Below are positions 28,468 through 40,279 of a stretch of DNA of 64,000 nucleotides, in pieces. This DNA is from Balanoglossus misakiensis. Taxonomy: Eukaryota; Animalia; Hemichordata. The stretch's first letter is position 1, and every line of letters starts with the position of its first letter. The stretch is from contig CM082588.2 in assembly GCA_040954595.2 (NCBI GenBank), forward strand, positions 794,613-858,612. Direction: 5' to 3'. The notes below the pieces were generated by a model, which was not told where the DNA came from, made no database searches, and was given only the letters and a program-made list of their open reading frames with translations. The translations under genes and the position numbers were made by a program.

Positions 28468-29470
28468 TTAGAAATCAGGAACCCAGCCACAGTTTGTACA
28501 CAGTTTTCTACATTCCGAGTGTTTGTCCTTTTTATTGCAAGATTTTTGTCGGTTGATGACTTTCATCGGAAGGTAGGTATGTGCTGCATCACAATATGGT
28601 GGAGACTGTGTATATTTGCAAGCACACAACTGATACATTCTCTGTGGTTTTGATGGCACTTCCCAGTTAAGAGGTTTAAATCCAGTTCCCACATGTGATC
28701 CTGAAATATATTCAAGGTTGGAATCTCAATGATTGGATAATTCTGGTACAGTTAATGTATTACTATAGTTACCAGTCACCTTGGTAACTGCTTTGTGGTA
28801 GTGTACATGGCAGCTCACAAAGCAGTTTCCAATATTAAGCTGGTAGGCATCTCCACTACACCCAAGGTCTTTTGACCAGACAGACCAAGGCGAATGGGCC
28901 ATTAGGTTTTATGTGGCATGCACGTAGCCAATCACATAATCCCTTATTTATACAGCTGTATATCTTCGATTTATTTTCTACAATGCAAATTCATATAGTG
29001 CACTGTGATTGGTCCACTAAATTTTGAAGGTGCGGCCAACCTACATGAGGCAGGCTCTGTATGCATTAGTTAGAACCAGTAGGATACATTTTGTGAATTT
29101 GGGTGGTTTCATTGTTCCATGGTTAAAACAAATCAACATATACCTACCATCACACCATGGCTGCTTTTTACTTAACCCACAAACGCACCATAACTTCTTA
29201 TCTCCTGGATTTAAGTTGAAAACGTTGATAGGTCCATACTACAAAATAAAGAGAAACGTTTAAATACAATATTGTACTAGTTTTTTTTTGTATTTTCAAG
29301 CGGTCATAATACAATAGAGGGTACTCGTGTATATATACCTGAGATACTGCAGGGAATGGTGGAGACTTGTTTCGTGTAGAATGTTGATCTCCAGCACAGG
29401 TAGAAGTAGTCATCGTCACACTTTCACTCTTGTCAGCCTCCACAGCTGCAGAGCCATGATTCTCAGCCAT
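28468..29470 (-). CDS. CISD3: CDGSH iron-sulfur domain protein 3-like (MiNT; two CDGSH domains); true 5' end uncertain
   Basis: Exons 29470(?)-29339, 29238-29148 and 28700-28468 give WCVCGLSKKQPWCDGSH and LCACKYTQSPPYCDAAH. No obvious mitochondrial presequence follows the ATG at 29470, so an upstream exon may be missing. Confidence 0.85.
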
Positions 29471-29819
29471 ACGTTGTCATCAGCTGCAGCCTTCAGTGTC
29501 TCACTTGGGGAGAGCGCCCTCTATCGGTCACTTCTCTTTTGCCAGTTTTCACAGAACTTAAATGAATGTACGGCTTCATAAATATTTTGGGAGGGTTGTC
29601 ATGTTTTTTCACCGTAATAGAATCTATACTTAATGAATAGTTTATCTCTTTAGCAATGTTGAGATTTCCTCATGTTTAGTATGATAAGCACATACCATTT
29701 CCACTGCCAAAATATAGTAATTATACCTAAAAATCCACTTTGATATAATTTTACCACTAGATAAGAAATATAAATAAAATTATCGTGATAAATTCAACAT
29801 ATATGTCACAAAGGATTGA

Positions 29820-29839
29820 TGTGTGTGTGTGTGTGTGTG
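29820..29839. repeat. (TG)n microsatellite
   Basis: About 10 TG units. Confidence 0.85.
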
Positions 29840-30016
29840 CTCTCAGAGGTTGTGTTAGCCTCAAACTAACATCTTACTTCTATGACTTAGAAAAGCTTGC
29901 TTCAATGAGTAGTATAGCTCTCTTTTCTAAGTCACAGGAGCAATCGGCAACTGAATAAGACATAATTGGTGCAATGTGTCTCGGTTTTATTGAGACATCC
30001 ACAGCGTACAATAGCT

Positions 30017-30030
30017 GCGCCCCCTAGCGG
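30017..30030 (-). promoter_or_regulatory. CTCF-type motif
   Basis: The reverse complement CCGCTAGGGGGCGC matches the CTCF core consensus CC(A/G)CYAGRKGGC(A/G)S. Binding is untested. Confidence 0.5.
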
Positions 30031-30529
30031 TCCAGTGACAGTATATTCAATGTCTTGAATTTCATTTTGATTTCCACAGCAATTTATTTGCAGAAGCAAA
30101 TGCCAATTGATCAATTAAAATAGCATTAGGGCAAAGACATTGTCACGGAACCATGAGCAGAATTCATTGCAAATTTTTAGTTTTAATTTTTACAAGTTTT
30201 GGGGTTGCTTTGTCAGCAGCAGTTTAGACAACCTTTCTGTTGTCGCTTAAACAAACAGAAGTATCCAAATTGAAAACATTTTGAAAATGTAGTGATTTCC
30301 AATACTGCTCCCAGCTTTCGAAGAGAAAAGGGGATAGAGAGAGGAAAGAGGATAATTGATTGTATCATTGATACAATCAATTATATGCAAGAGTGAAGAT
30401 GCAATGTATGCATGCCATTCCAGAAAGCTAGAAAATGGAAATAGCATGCATTCATAAGCAATAGAGAGAGAGATACATGTATTGAAGCTAAATCAACTCA
30501 CACCTATCAGGTCTTGAGAGAGCAAGTCT

Positions 30530-30702
30530 AATCCAATTTTGGTCAATTTGAATAAATTACATTAAGTTTAAACATGGTCGTCCAACTTTGTAATTGTATA
30601 CATTTTGTCTTAAACAATTCAATCCAATTTTGATCAATTTGAAAAAATTACATTAAGTTTAAACATGGTTGTCCAACTTTGTAATTGAATACATTTTGAC
30701 TT
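30530..30702. repeat. Two-copy ~91-bp direct repeat
   Basis: atccaattttg.tcaatttgaa.aaattacattaagtttaaacatggt.gtccaactttgtaattg occurs at 30531 and 30622. Confidence 0.8.
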
Positions 30703-31365
30703 TATAAAGTTTTCAAATTGCCCATATCCCTTCAGCTACGCCATTACCATTGAGCCTAAAATATTAATGTTAGTTGTTACGCGCAAGTTACTATGTTAGT
30801 GGTTACGCTTATATAATTAGGCTGAAATGGTAAATCCGAAGATCACTGGACCCACAAGTTATGGAGTTAAAGCATGAACGCTGCGGCCGCATTTAAATGA
30901 GCTATGTGGGAAATCCATTGATCTTCAGACTGGCTGATCACTGAAAATTTGATGTGCATGTCAATAAATAAAAATCCCCAATTGACATTAAATAAGCATC
31001 ATTCTGCCAGAAGTTGGACAAGTTGGACTTGACATCAATTTGCTTTGATTTGAAATATCATTGTAAAAAATGCTTGAATAAAAAAGAAATTGCTTCCTTT
31101 TTGAGTAAAATTTTGAAGTCATTTGTGATACAGTAATATGTGCTTGGATAAAAAAGAAATTGCTAAACTTGGAGTAATTTTGTGAAGTCATTTGTGATAC
31201 AGTAAAAATTAGTCAATTTGTGTATAATTGTAAATTGTTAACTTGCTCTCTCTTTGACATTACAATCTACTGTGACACTACAAAATACAATTATTTAAAA
31301 CTGACAATAAAATGATCATCATTAACAGTAACTGCAATCTTATGGGTTCTTCTTGGGCTGTACAA

Positions 31366-32348
31366 AGTGGGAACCATTTCCAGTCTAGATGTTTTCCAGC
31401 ACAGTGGGAACCATATCCAGTCTAGCTGTTTTCCAATGCAGTGGGAACCATATCCAGTCTACCGGTAGTTGTTTTCCATTACCAGTCTAGCTGTTTTCCA
31501 ATGCAGTGGGAACCATTTCCAGTCTAGTTGTTTTCCATTACCAGTCTAGCTGTTTTCCAGTGCAGAGGGAGCAATATCCAGTCTTGCTGTTTTCCAGTGG
31601 AGTGGGAACCATATCCAGTCTTGCTCTTTTCCAGTGCAGTGGGGTCCATATCCAGTCTTGCTCTTTTCCAGTGAGTGGGGTCCATATCCAGTCTTGTTCT
31701 TTTCCAGTGAGTGGGGTCCATATCCAGTCTTGCTGTTTTCCAGTGAGTGGGGTCCATATCCAGTCTTGCTCTTTTCCAGTGCAGTGGGTTCCATATCCAG
31801 TCTTGCTGTTTTCCAGTGCAGTGGGTTCCATATCCAGTCTTGCTCTTTTCCAGTGCAGTGGGTTCCATATCCAGTCTTGCTGTTTTCCAGTGCAGTGGGG
31901 TCCATATCCAGTCTTGCTCTTTTTCAGTGGAGTGGGTTCCATATCCAGTCTTGCTGTTTTCCAGCGCAGTGGGGTCCATATCCAGTCTTGCAGTTTCCAG
32001 TGCAGTGGGTTCCATATCCAGTCTTGCTCTTTTCCAGCGGAGTGGGGTCCATAACCAGTCTTGCTGTTTTCCATGGCAGTGGGGTCCATATCCAGTCTTG
32101 CTGTTTTCCAGGGCAGTGGGGTCCATGTCCAGTCTTGCTGTTTTCCAGCGCAGTGGGGTCCATGTCCAGTCTTGCTGTTTTCCAGTGCAGTGGGGTCCAT
32201 ATCCAGTTTTCCAGTGCAGTGGGGTCCATATCCAGTCTTGCTGTTTCCAGTGCAGTGGGGTCCATATCCAGTCTTGCTGTTTTCCAGTGAAGTGGGGTCC
32301 ATAACCAGTCTAGCTGTTTTCCAGTGCAGTGGGAGCAATATCCAGTCT
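31366..32348. repeat. Minisatellite A, 37-bp unit (35-bp variants), roughly 27 copies
   Basis: Consensus CCATATCCAGTCTTGCTGTTTTCCAGTGCAGTGGGGT. The left-edge copies are degenerate and the core is homogeneous. Confidence 0.95.
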
Positions 32349-32585
32349 GTAAAAACTTACAAGGAACTGTTAAGCATGCATTGTTTTTACAAAGAGACAA
32401 AATTAACGATTTAGCGATTCAACACTTTACCTGTTGAGTACCACTTTTCACATCTGTACCGGTAAACACATCATCCTAGCCACAGAAATCTGCAATCTGT
32501 AATTAACTAACAAGAAACTGTTAAGCATGCATTGTGTGTCAGTGGTGACTGACATATTGGGACAATATGGCACAACAATGTCAGA

Positions 32586-34760
32586 GGCGTGCCGGACGCC
32601 ATATGACAGCTAGAGGCTTGTGGCGTGCCAGGCGACGACATATGACAGCTAGCAGGCATGTGGCGTGCCCGGCGACGACATATGACAGCTAGAGGCATGT
32701 GGCGTGCCAGGCGACGACATATGACAGCTAGAGGCATGTGGCGTGCCCGGCGACGACATATGACAGCAAGCAGGCATGTGGCGTGCCCGGCGACGACATA
32801 TGACAGCAAGCAGGCATGTGGCGTGCCCGGCGACGACATATGACAGCTAGAGGCATGTGGCGTGCCCGGCGACGACATATGACAGCAAGCAGGCATGTGG
32901 CGTGCCCGGCGACGACATATGACAGCTAGAGGCATGTGGCGTGCCCAGCGACGACATATGACAGCAAGCAGGCATGTGGCGTGCCCGGCGACGACATATG
33001 ACAGCAAGCAGGCATGTGGCGTGCCCGGCAACGACATATGACAGCAAGCAGGCATGTGGCGTGCCCGGCGACGACATATGACAGCAAGCAGGCATGTGGC
33101 GTGCCCGGCGACGACATATGACAGCAAGCAGGCATGTGGCGTGCCCGGCGACGACATATGACAGCAAGCAGGCATGTGGCGTGCCCGGCGACGACATATG
33201 ACAGCAAGCAGGCATGTGGCGTGCCCGGCGACGACATATGACAGCAAGCAGGCATGTGGCGTGCCCGGCGACGACATATGACAGCAAGCAGGCATGTGGC
33301 GTGCCCGGCGACGACATATGACAGCTAGAGGCATGTGGCGTGCCAGGCGACGACATATGACAACTAGCAGGCATGTGGCGTGCCCGGCGACGACATATGA
33401 CAGCAAGCAGGCATGTGGCGTGCCCGGCGACGACATATGACAGCAAGCAGGCATGTGGCGTGCCAGGCGACGACATATGACAGCAAGCAGGCATGTGGCG
33501 TGCCCGGCGACGACATATGACAGCTAGAGGCATGTGGCGTGCCCGGCGACGACATATGACAGCAAGCAGGCATGTGGCGTGCCCGGCGACGACATATGAC
33601 AGCAAGCAGGCATGTGGCGTGCCAGGCGACGACATATGACAGCTAGAGGCATGTGGCGTGCCCGGCGACGACATATGACAGCTAGAAGGCATGTGGCGTG
33701 CCCGGCGACGACATATGACAGCAAGCAGGCATGTGGCGTGCCCGGCGACGACATATGACAGCAAGCAGGCATGTGGCGTGCCCGGCGACGACATATGACA
33801 GCAAGCAGGCATGTGGCGTGCCCGGCGACGACATATGACAGCAAGCAGGCATGTGGCGTGCCCGGCGACGACATATGACAGCAAGCAGGCATGTGGCGTG
33901 CCCGGCGACGACATATGACAGCAAGCAGGCATGTGGCGTGCCCGGCGACGACATATGACAGCAAGCAGGCATGTGGCGTGCCCGGCGACGACATATGACA
34001 GCTAGAGGCATGTGGCGTGCCAGGCGACGACATATGACAACTAGCAGGCATGTGGCGTGCCCGGCGACGACATATGACAGCAAGCAGGCATGTGGCGTGC
34101 CCGGCGACGACATATGACAGCAAGCAGGCATGTGGCGTGCCCGGCGACGACATATGACAGCAAGCAGGCATGTGGCGTGCCCGGCGACGACATATGACAG
34201 CTAGAGGCATGTGGCGTGCCCGGCGACGACATATGACAGCAAGCAGGCATGTGGCGTGCCCGGCGACGACATATGACAGCTAGAGGCATGTGGCGTGGCC
34301 GGCGACGACATATGACAGCAAGCAGGCATGTGGCGTGCCAGGCGACGACATATGACAGCAAGCAGGCATGTGGCGTGCCAGGCGACGACATATGACAGCT
34401 AGAGGCATGTGGCGTGCCCGGCGACGACATATGACAGCAAGCAGGCATGTGGCGTGCCCGGCGACGACATATGACAGCTAGAGGCATGTGGCGTGCCCGG
34501 CGACGACATATGACAACTAGCAGGCATGTGGCGTGCCCGGCGACGACATATGACAGCAAGCAGGCATGTGGCGTGCCCGGCGACGACATATGACAGCAAG
34601 CAGGCATGTGGCGTGCCCGGCGACGACATATGACAGCAAGCAGGCATGTGGCGTGCCTGGCGACGACATATGACTGCTAGAGGCATGTGGCGTGCCAGGC
34701 GACGACATATGACAGCTAGCGGCATATGACAACTAGAGGCATGTGGCGTGCCCGACGACA
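32586..34760. repeat. Minisatellite B block 1, 40/39-bp GC-rich unit, roughly 54 copies
   Basis: Consensus GCAGGCATGTGGCGTGCCCGGCGACGACATATGACAGCAA, with recurrent variants (GCTAGAG, ACTAGCAG, CCAGG). Confidence 0.97.
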
Positions 34761-34997
34761 ATGTCAGAGGCAGGGGCGTACACTAGGACACAACCCTGTC
34801 CAAAGCAGAGGCGTACACTAGGACGACAATGTCAGGTGACATATGAGACGACGGGCACAATGTCAGAGGCACTGACATATGGGACAGCAGCACACACGTG
34901 GTGTGTTGAGGTGCTCAGAGTTTAGCTATATAGCATTTCATCACTGCACATCAATGTCAGTGGGGACTGACATATTGAGACAACGACAATGTCAGAG
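34761..34997. repeat. Inter-array spacer, copy 1 (contains about two proto-units of minisatellite C)
   Basis: Appears identical to 40043-40279. The ORF track gives the same 60-aa translation at 34743 and 40025, an offset of 5282 bp. Confidence 0.92.
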
Positions 34998-37900
34998 GCG
35001 TGCCGGCGACGACATATGACAGCTAGCGGCATGTGGCGTGCCAGGCGACGACATATGACAGCTAGAGGCATGTGGCGTGCCCGGCGACGACATATGACAG
35101 CTAGAGGCATGTGGCGTGCCCGGCGACGACATATGACAGCAAGCAGGCATGTGGCGTGCCCGGCGACGACATATGACAGCAAGCAGGCATGTGGCGTGCC
35201 TGGCGACGACATATGACAGCAAGCAGGCATGTGGCGTGCCCGGCGACGACATATGACAGCAAGCAGGCATGTGGCGTGCCCGGCGACGACATATGACAGC
35301 AAGCAGGCATGTGGCGTGCCCGGCGACGACATATGACAGCTAGAGGCATGTGGCGTGCCAGGCGACGACATATGACAACTAGCAGGCATGTGGCGTGCCC
35401 GGCGACGACATATGACAGCAAGCAGGCATGTGGCGTGCCCGGCGACGACATATGACAACTAGAGGCATGTGGCGTGCCAGGCGACGACATATGACAACTA
35501 GCAGGCATGTGGCGTGCCCGGCGACGACATATGACAGCAAGCAGGCATGTGGCGTGCCCGGCGACGACATATGACTGCTAGAGGCATGTGGCGTGCCAGG
35601 CGACGACATATGACAGCTAGCAGCCATGTGGCGTGCACGGCGACGACATATGACAGCAAGCAGGCATGTGGCGTGCCCGGCGACGACATATGACAGCAAG
35701 CAGGCATGTGGCGTGCCCGGCGACGACATATGACAGCTAGAGGCATGTGGCGTGCCAGGCGACGACATATGACAACTAGCAGGCATGTGGCGTGCCCGGC
35801 GACGACATATGACAGCAAGCAGGCATGTGGCGTGCCCGGCGACGACATATGACAGCTAGCAGGCATGTGGCGTGCCAGGCGACGACATATGACAGCAAGC
35901 AGGCATGTGGCGTGCCCGGCGACGACATATGACAGCAAGCAGGCATGTGGCGTGCCCGGCGACGACATATGACAGCTAGAGGCATGTGGCGTGCCAGGCG
36001 ACGACATATGACAACTAGCAGGCATGTGGCGTGCCCGGCGACGACATATGACAGCAAGCAGGCATGTGGCGTGCCCGGCGACGACATATGACAACTAGAG
36101 GCATGTGGCGTGCCAGGCGACGACATATGACAACTAGCAGGCATGTGGCGTGCCCGGCGACGACATATGACAGCAAGCAGGCATGTGGCGTGCCCGGCGA
36201 CGACATATGACAGCAAGCAGGCATGTGGCGTGCCCGGCGACGACATATGACAGCAAGCAGGCATGTGGCGTGCCCGGCGACGACATATGACAGCAAGCAG
36301 GCATGTGGCGTGCCCGGCGACGACATATGACTGCTAGAGGCATGTGGCGTGCCAGGCGACGACATATGACAGCTAGCAGGCATGTGGCGTGCCCGGCGAC
36401 GACATATGACAGCAAGCAGGCATGTGGCGTGCCCGGCGACGACATATGACAGCAAGCAGGCATGTGGCGTGCCCGGCGACGACATATGACAGCAAGCAGG
36501 CATGTGGCGTGCCCGGCGACGACATATGACAGCAAGCAGGCATGTGGCATGCCCGGCGACGACATATGACAGCAAGCAGGCATGTGGCGTGCCCGGCGAC
36601 GACATATGACAGCAAGCAGGCATGTGGCGTGCCCGGCGACGACATATGACAGCAAGCAGGCATGTGGCGTGCCCGGCGACGACATATGACAGCAAGCAGG
36701 CATGTGGCGTGCCCGGCGACGACATATGACAACTAGAGGCATGTGGCGTGCCAGGCGACGACATATGACAACTAGCAGGCATGTGGCGTGCCCGGCGACG
36801 ACATATGACAGCAAGCAGGCATGTGGCGTGCCCGGCGACGACATATGACAACTAGAGGCATGTGGCGTGCCAGGCGACGACATATGACAACTAGCAGGCA
36901 TGTGGCGTGCCCGGCGACGACATATGACAGCAAGCAGGCATGTGGCGTGCCCGGCGACGACATATGACAGCAAGCAGGCATGTGGCGTGCCCGGCGACGA
37001 CATATGACAGCAAGCAGGCATGTGGCGTGCCCGGCGACGACATATGACAGCAAGCAGGCATGTGGCGTGCCCGGCGACGACATATGACAGCTAGAGGCAT
37101 GTGGCGTGCCCGGCGACGACATATGACAGCTAGAGGCATGTGGCGTGCCCGGCGACGACATATGACTGCTAGAGGCATGTGGCGTGCCAGGCGACGACAT
37201 ATGACAGCTAGCAGGCATGTGGCGTGCCCGGCGACGACATATGACAGCAAGCAGGCATGTGGCGTGCCCGGCGACGACATATGACAGCAAGCAGGCATGT
37301 GGCGTGCCCGGCGACGACATATGACAGCAAGCAGGCATGTGGCGTGCCCGGCGACGACATATGACAGCTAGAGGCATGTGGCGTGCCAGGCGACGACATA
37401 TGACAACTAGCAGGCATGTGGCGTGCCCGGCGACAACATATGACAGCAAGCAGGCATGTGGCGTGCCCGGCGACGACATATGACAGCTAGCAGGCATGTG
37501 GCGTGCCAGGCGACGACATATGACAGCAAGCAGGCATGTGGCGTGCCCGGCGACGACATATGACAGCAAGCAGGCATGTGGCGTGCCCGGCGACGACATA
37601 TGACAGCTAGAGGCATGTGGCGTGCCAGGCGACGACATATGACAACTAGCAGGCATGTGGCGTGCCCGGCGACGACATATGACAGCAAGCAGGCATGTGG
37701 CGTGCCCGGCGACGACATATGACAACTAGAGGCATGTGGCGTGCCAGGCGACGACATATGACAACTAGCAGGCATGTGGCGTGCCCGGCGACGACATATG
37801 ACAGCAAGCAGGCATGTGGCGTGCCCGGCGACGACATATGACAGCAAGCAGGCATGTGGCGTGCCCGGCGACGACATATGACAGCAAGCAGGCATGTGGC

Positions 37901-40042
37901 GTGCCCGGCGACGACATATGACAGCAAGCAGGCATGTGGCGTGCCCGGCGACGACATATGACTGCTACAGGCATGTGGCGTGCCAGGCGACGACATATGA
38001 CAGCTAGCAGGCATGTGGCGTGCCCGGCGACGACATATGACAGCAAGCAGGCATGTGGCGTGCCCGGCGACGACATATGACAGCAAGCAGGCATGTGGCG
38101 TGCCCGGCGACGACATATGACAGCAAGCAGGCATGTGGCGTGCCCGGCGACGACATATGACAGCAAGCAGGCATGTGGCGTGCCCGGCGACGACATATGA
38201 CAGCAAGCAGGCATGTGGCGTGCCCGGCGACGACATATGACAGCAAGCAGGCATGTGGCGTGCCCGGCGACGACATATGACAGCAAGCAGGCATGTGGCG
38301 TGCCCGGCGACGACATATGACAGCAAGCAGGCATGTGGCGTGCCCGGCGACGACATATGACAACTAGCAGGCATGTGGCGTGCCCGGCGACGACATATGA
38401 CAGCAAGCAGGCATGTGGCGTGCCCGGCGACGACATATGACAACTAGAGGCATGTGGCGTGCCAGGCGACGACATATGACAACTAGCAGGCATGTGGCGT
38501 GCCCGGCGACGACATATGACAGCAAGCAGGCATGTGGCGTGCCCGGCGACGACATATGACAGCAAGCAGGCATGTGGCGTGCCCGGCGACGACATATGAC
38601 AGCAAGCAGGCATGTGGCGTGCCCGGCGACGACATATGACAGCAAGCAGGCATGTGGCGTGCCCGGCGACGACATATGACAGCAAGCAGGCATGTGGCGT
38701 GCCCGGCGACGACATATGACAGCTAGAGGCATGTGGCGTGCCAGGCGACGACATATGACAACTAGCAGGCATGTGGCGTGCCCGGCGACGACATATGACA
38801 GCAAGCAGGCATGTGGCGTGCCCGGCGACGACATATGACAGCAAGCAGGCATGTGGCGTGCCCGGCGACGACATATGACAGCAAGCAGGCATGTGGCGTG
38901 CCCGGCGACGACATATGACAGCTAGAGGCATGTGGCGTGCCCGGCGACGACATATGACAGCTAGCAGGCATGTGGCGTGCCCGGCGACGACATATGACTG
39001 CTAGAGGCATGTGGCGTGCCAGGCGACGACATATGACAGCTAGCAGGCATGTGGCGTGCCCGGCGACGACATATGACTGCAAGCAGGCATGTGGCGTGCC
39101 CGGCGACGACATATGACAGCAAGCAGGCATGTGGCGTGCCCGGCGACGACATATGACAGCTAGAGGCATGTGGCGTGCCAGGCGACGACATATGACAACT
39201 AGCAGGCATGTGGCGTGCCCGGCGACGACATATGACAGCAAGCAGGCATGTGGCGTGCCCGGCGACGACATATGACAACTAGCAGGCATGTGGCGTGCCA
39301 GGCGACGACATATGACAACTAGCAGGCATGTGGCGTGCCCGGCGACGACATATGACAGCAAGCAGGCATGTGGCGTGCCCGGCGACGACATATGACAGCA
39401 AGCAGGCATGTGGCGTGCCCGGCGACGACATATGACAGCAAGCAGGCATGTGGCGTGCCCGGCGACGACATATGACAGCAAGCAGGCATGTGGCGTGCCC
39501 GGCGACGACATATGACAGCAAGCAGGCATGTGGCGTGCCCGGCGACGACATATGACAGCAAGCAGGCATGTGGCGTGCCCGGCGACGACATATGACAGCA
39601 AGCAGGCATGTGGCGTGCCCGGCGACGACATATGACAGCTAGAGGCATGTGGCGTGCCCGGCGACGACATATGACAGCAAGCAGGCATGTGGCGTGCCCG
39701 GCGACGACATATGACAGCAAGCAGGCATGTGGCGTGCCAGGCGACGACATATGACAACTAGCAGGCATGTGGCGTGCCCGGCGACGACATATGACAGCAA
39801 GCAGGCATGTGGCGTGCCCGGCGACGACATATGACAGCAAGCAGGCATGTGGCGTGCCCGGCGACGACATATGACAGCAAGCAGGCATGTGGCGTGCCCG
39901 GCGACGACATATGACAGCTAGAGGCATGTGGCGTGCCCGGCGACGACATATGACAGCTAGCAGGCATGTGGCGTGCCCGGCGACGACATATGACAGCAAG
40001 CAGGCATATGACAACTAGAGGCATGTGGCGTGCCCGACGACA
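34998..40042. repeat. Minisatellite B block 2, roughly 127 copies, with internal higher-order duplication
   Basis: Same 40/39-bp unit. Variant patterns recur at an offset of 1631 bp (ORFs 35776/37407 and 36373/38004). Confidence 0.97.
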
Positions 40043-40279
40043 ATGTCAGAGGCAGGGGCGTACACTAGGACACAACCCTGTCCAAAGCAGAGGCGTACAC
40101 TAGGACGACAATGTCAGGTGACATATGAGACGACGGGCACAATGTCAGAGGCACTGACATATGGGACAGCAGCACACACGTGGTGTGTTGAGGTGCTCAG
40201 AGTTTAGCTATATAGCATTTCATCACTGCACATCAATGTCAGTGGGGACTGACATATTGAGACAACGACAATGTCAGAG
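40043..40279. repeat. Inter-array spacer, copy 2
   Basis: Direct repeat of 34761-34997. Confidence 0.92.

Noticed and set aside
30883-30898. Adjacent NotI and SwaI sites (GCGGCCGCATTTAAAT) suggesting a vector polylinker
   Set aside because: No other vector or polylinker sequence flanks it, so it is most simply a chance occurrence. A VecScreen search would settle it.
31506-32414. Overlapping ORFs in all six frames over minisatellite A
   Set aside because: The 37/35-bp units are not multiples of three and lack stops by composition. There is no coding signature.
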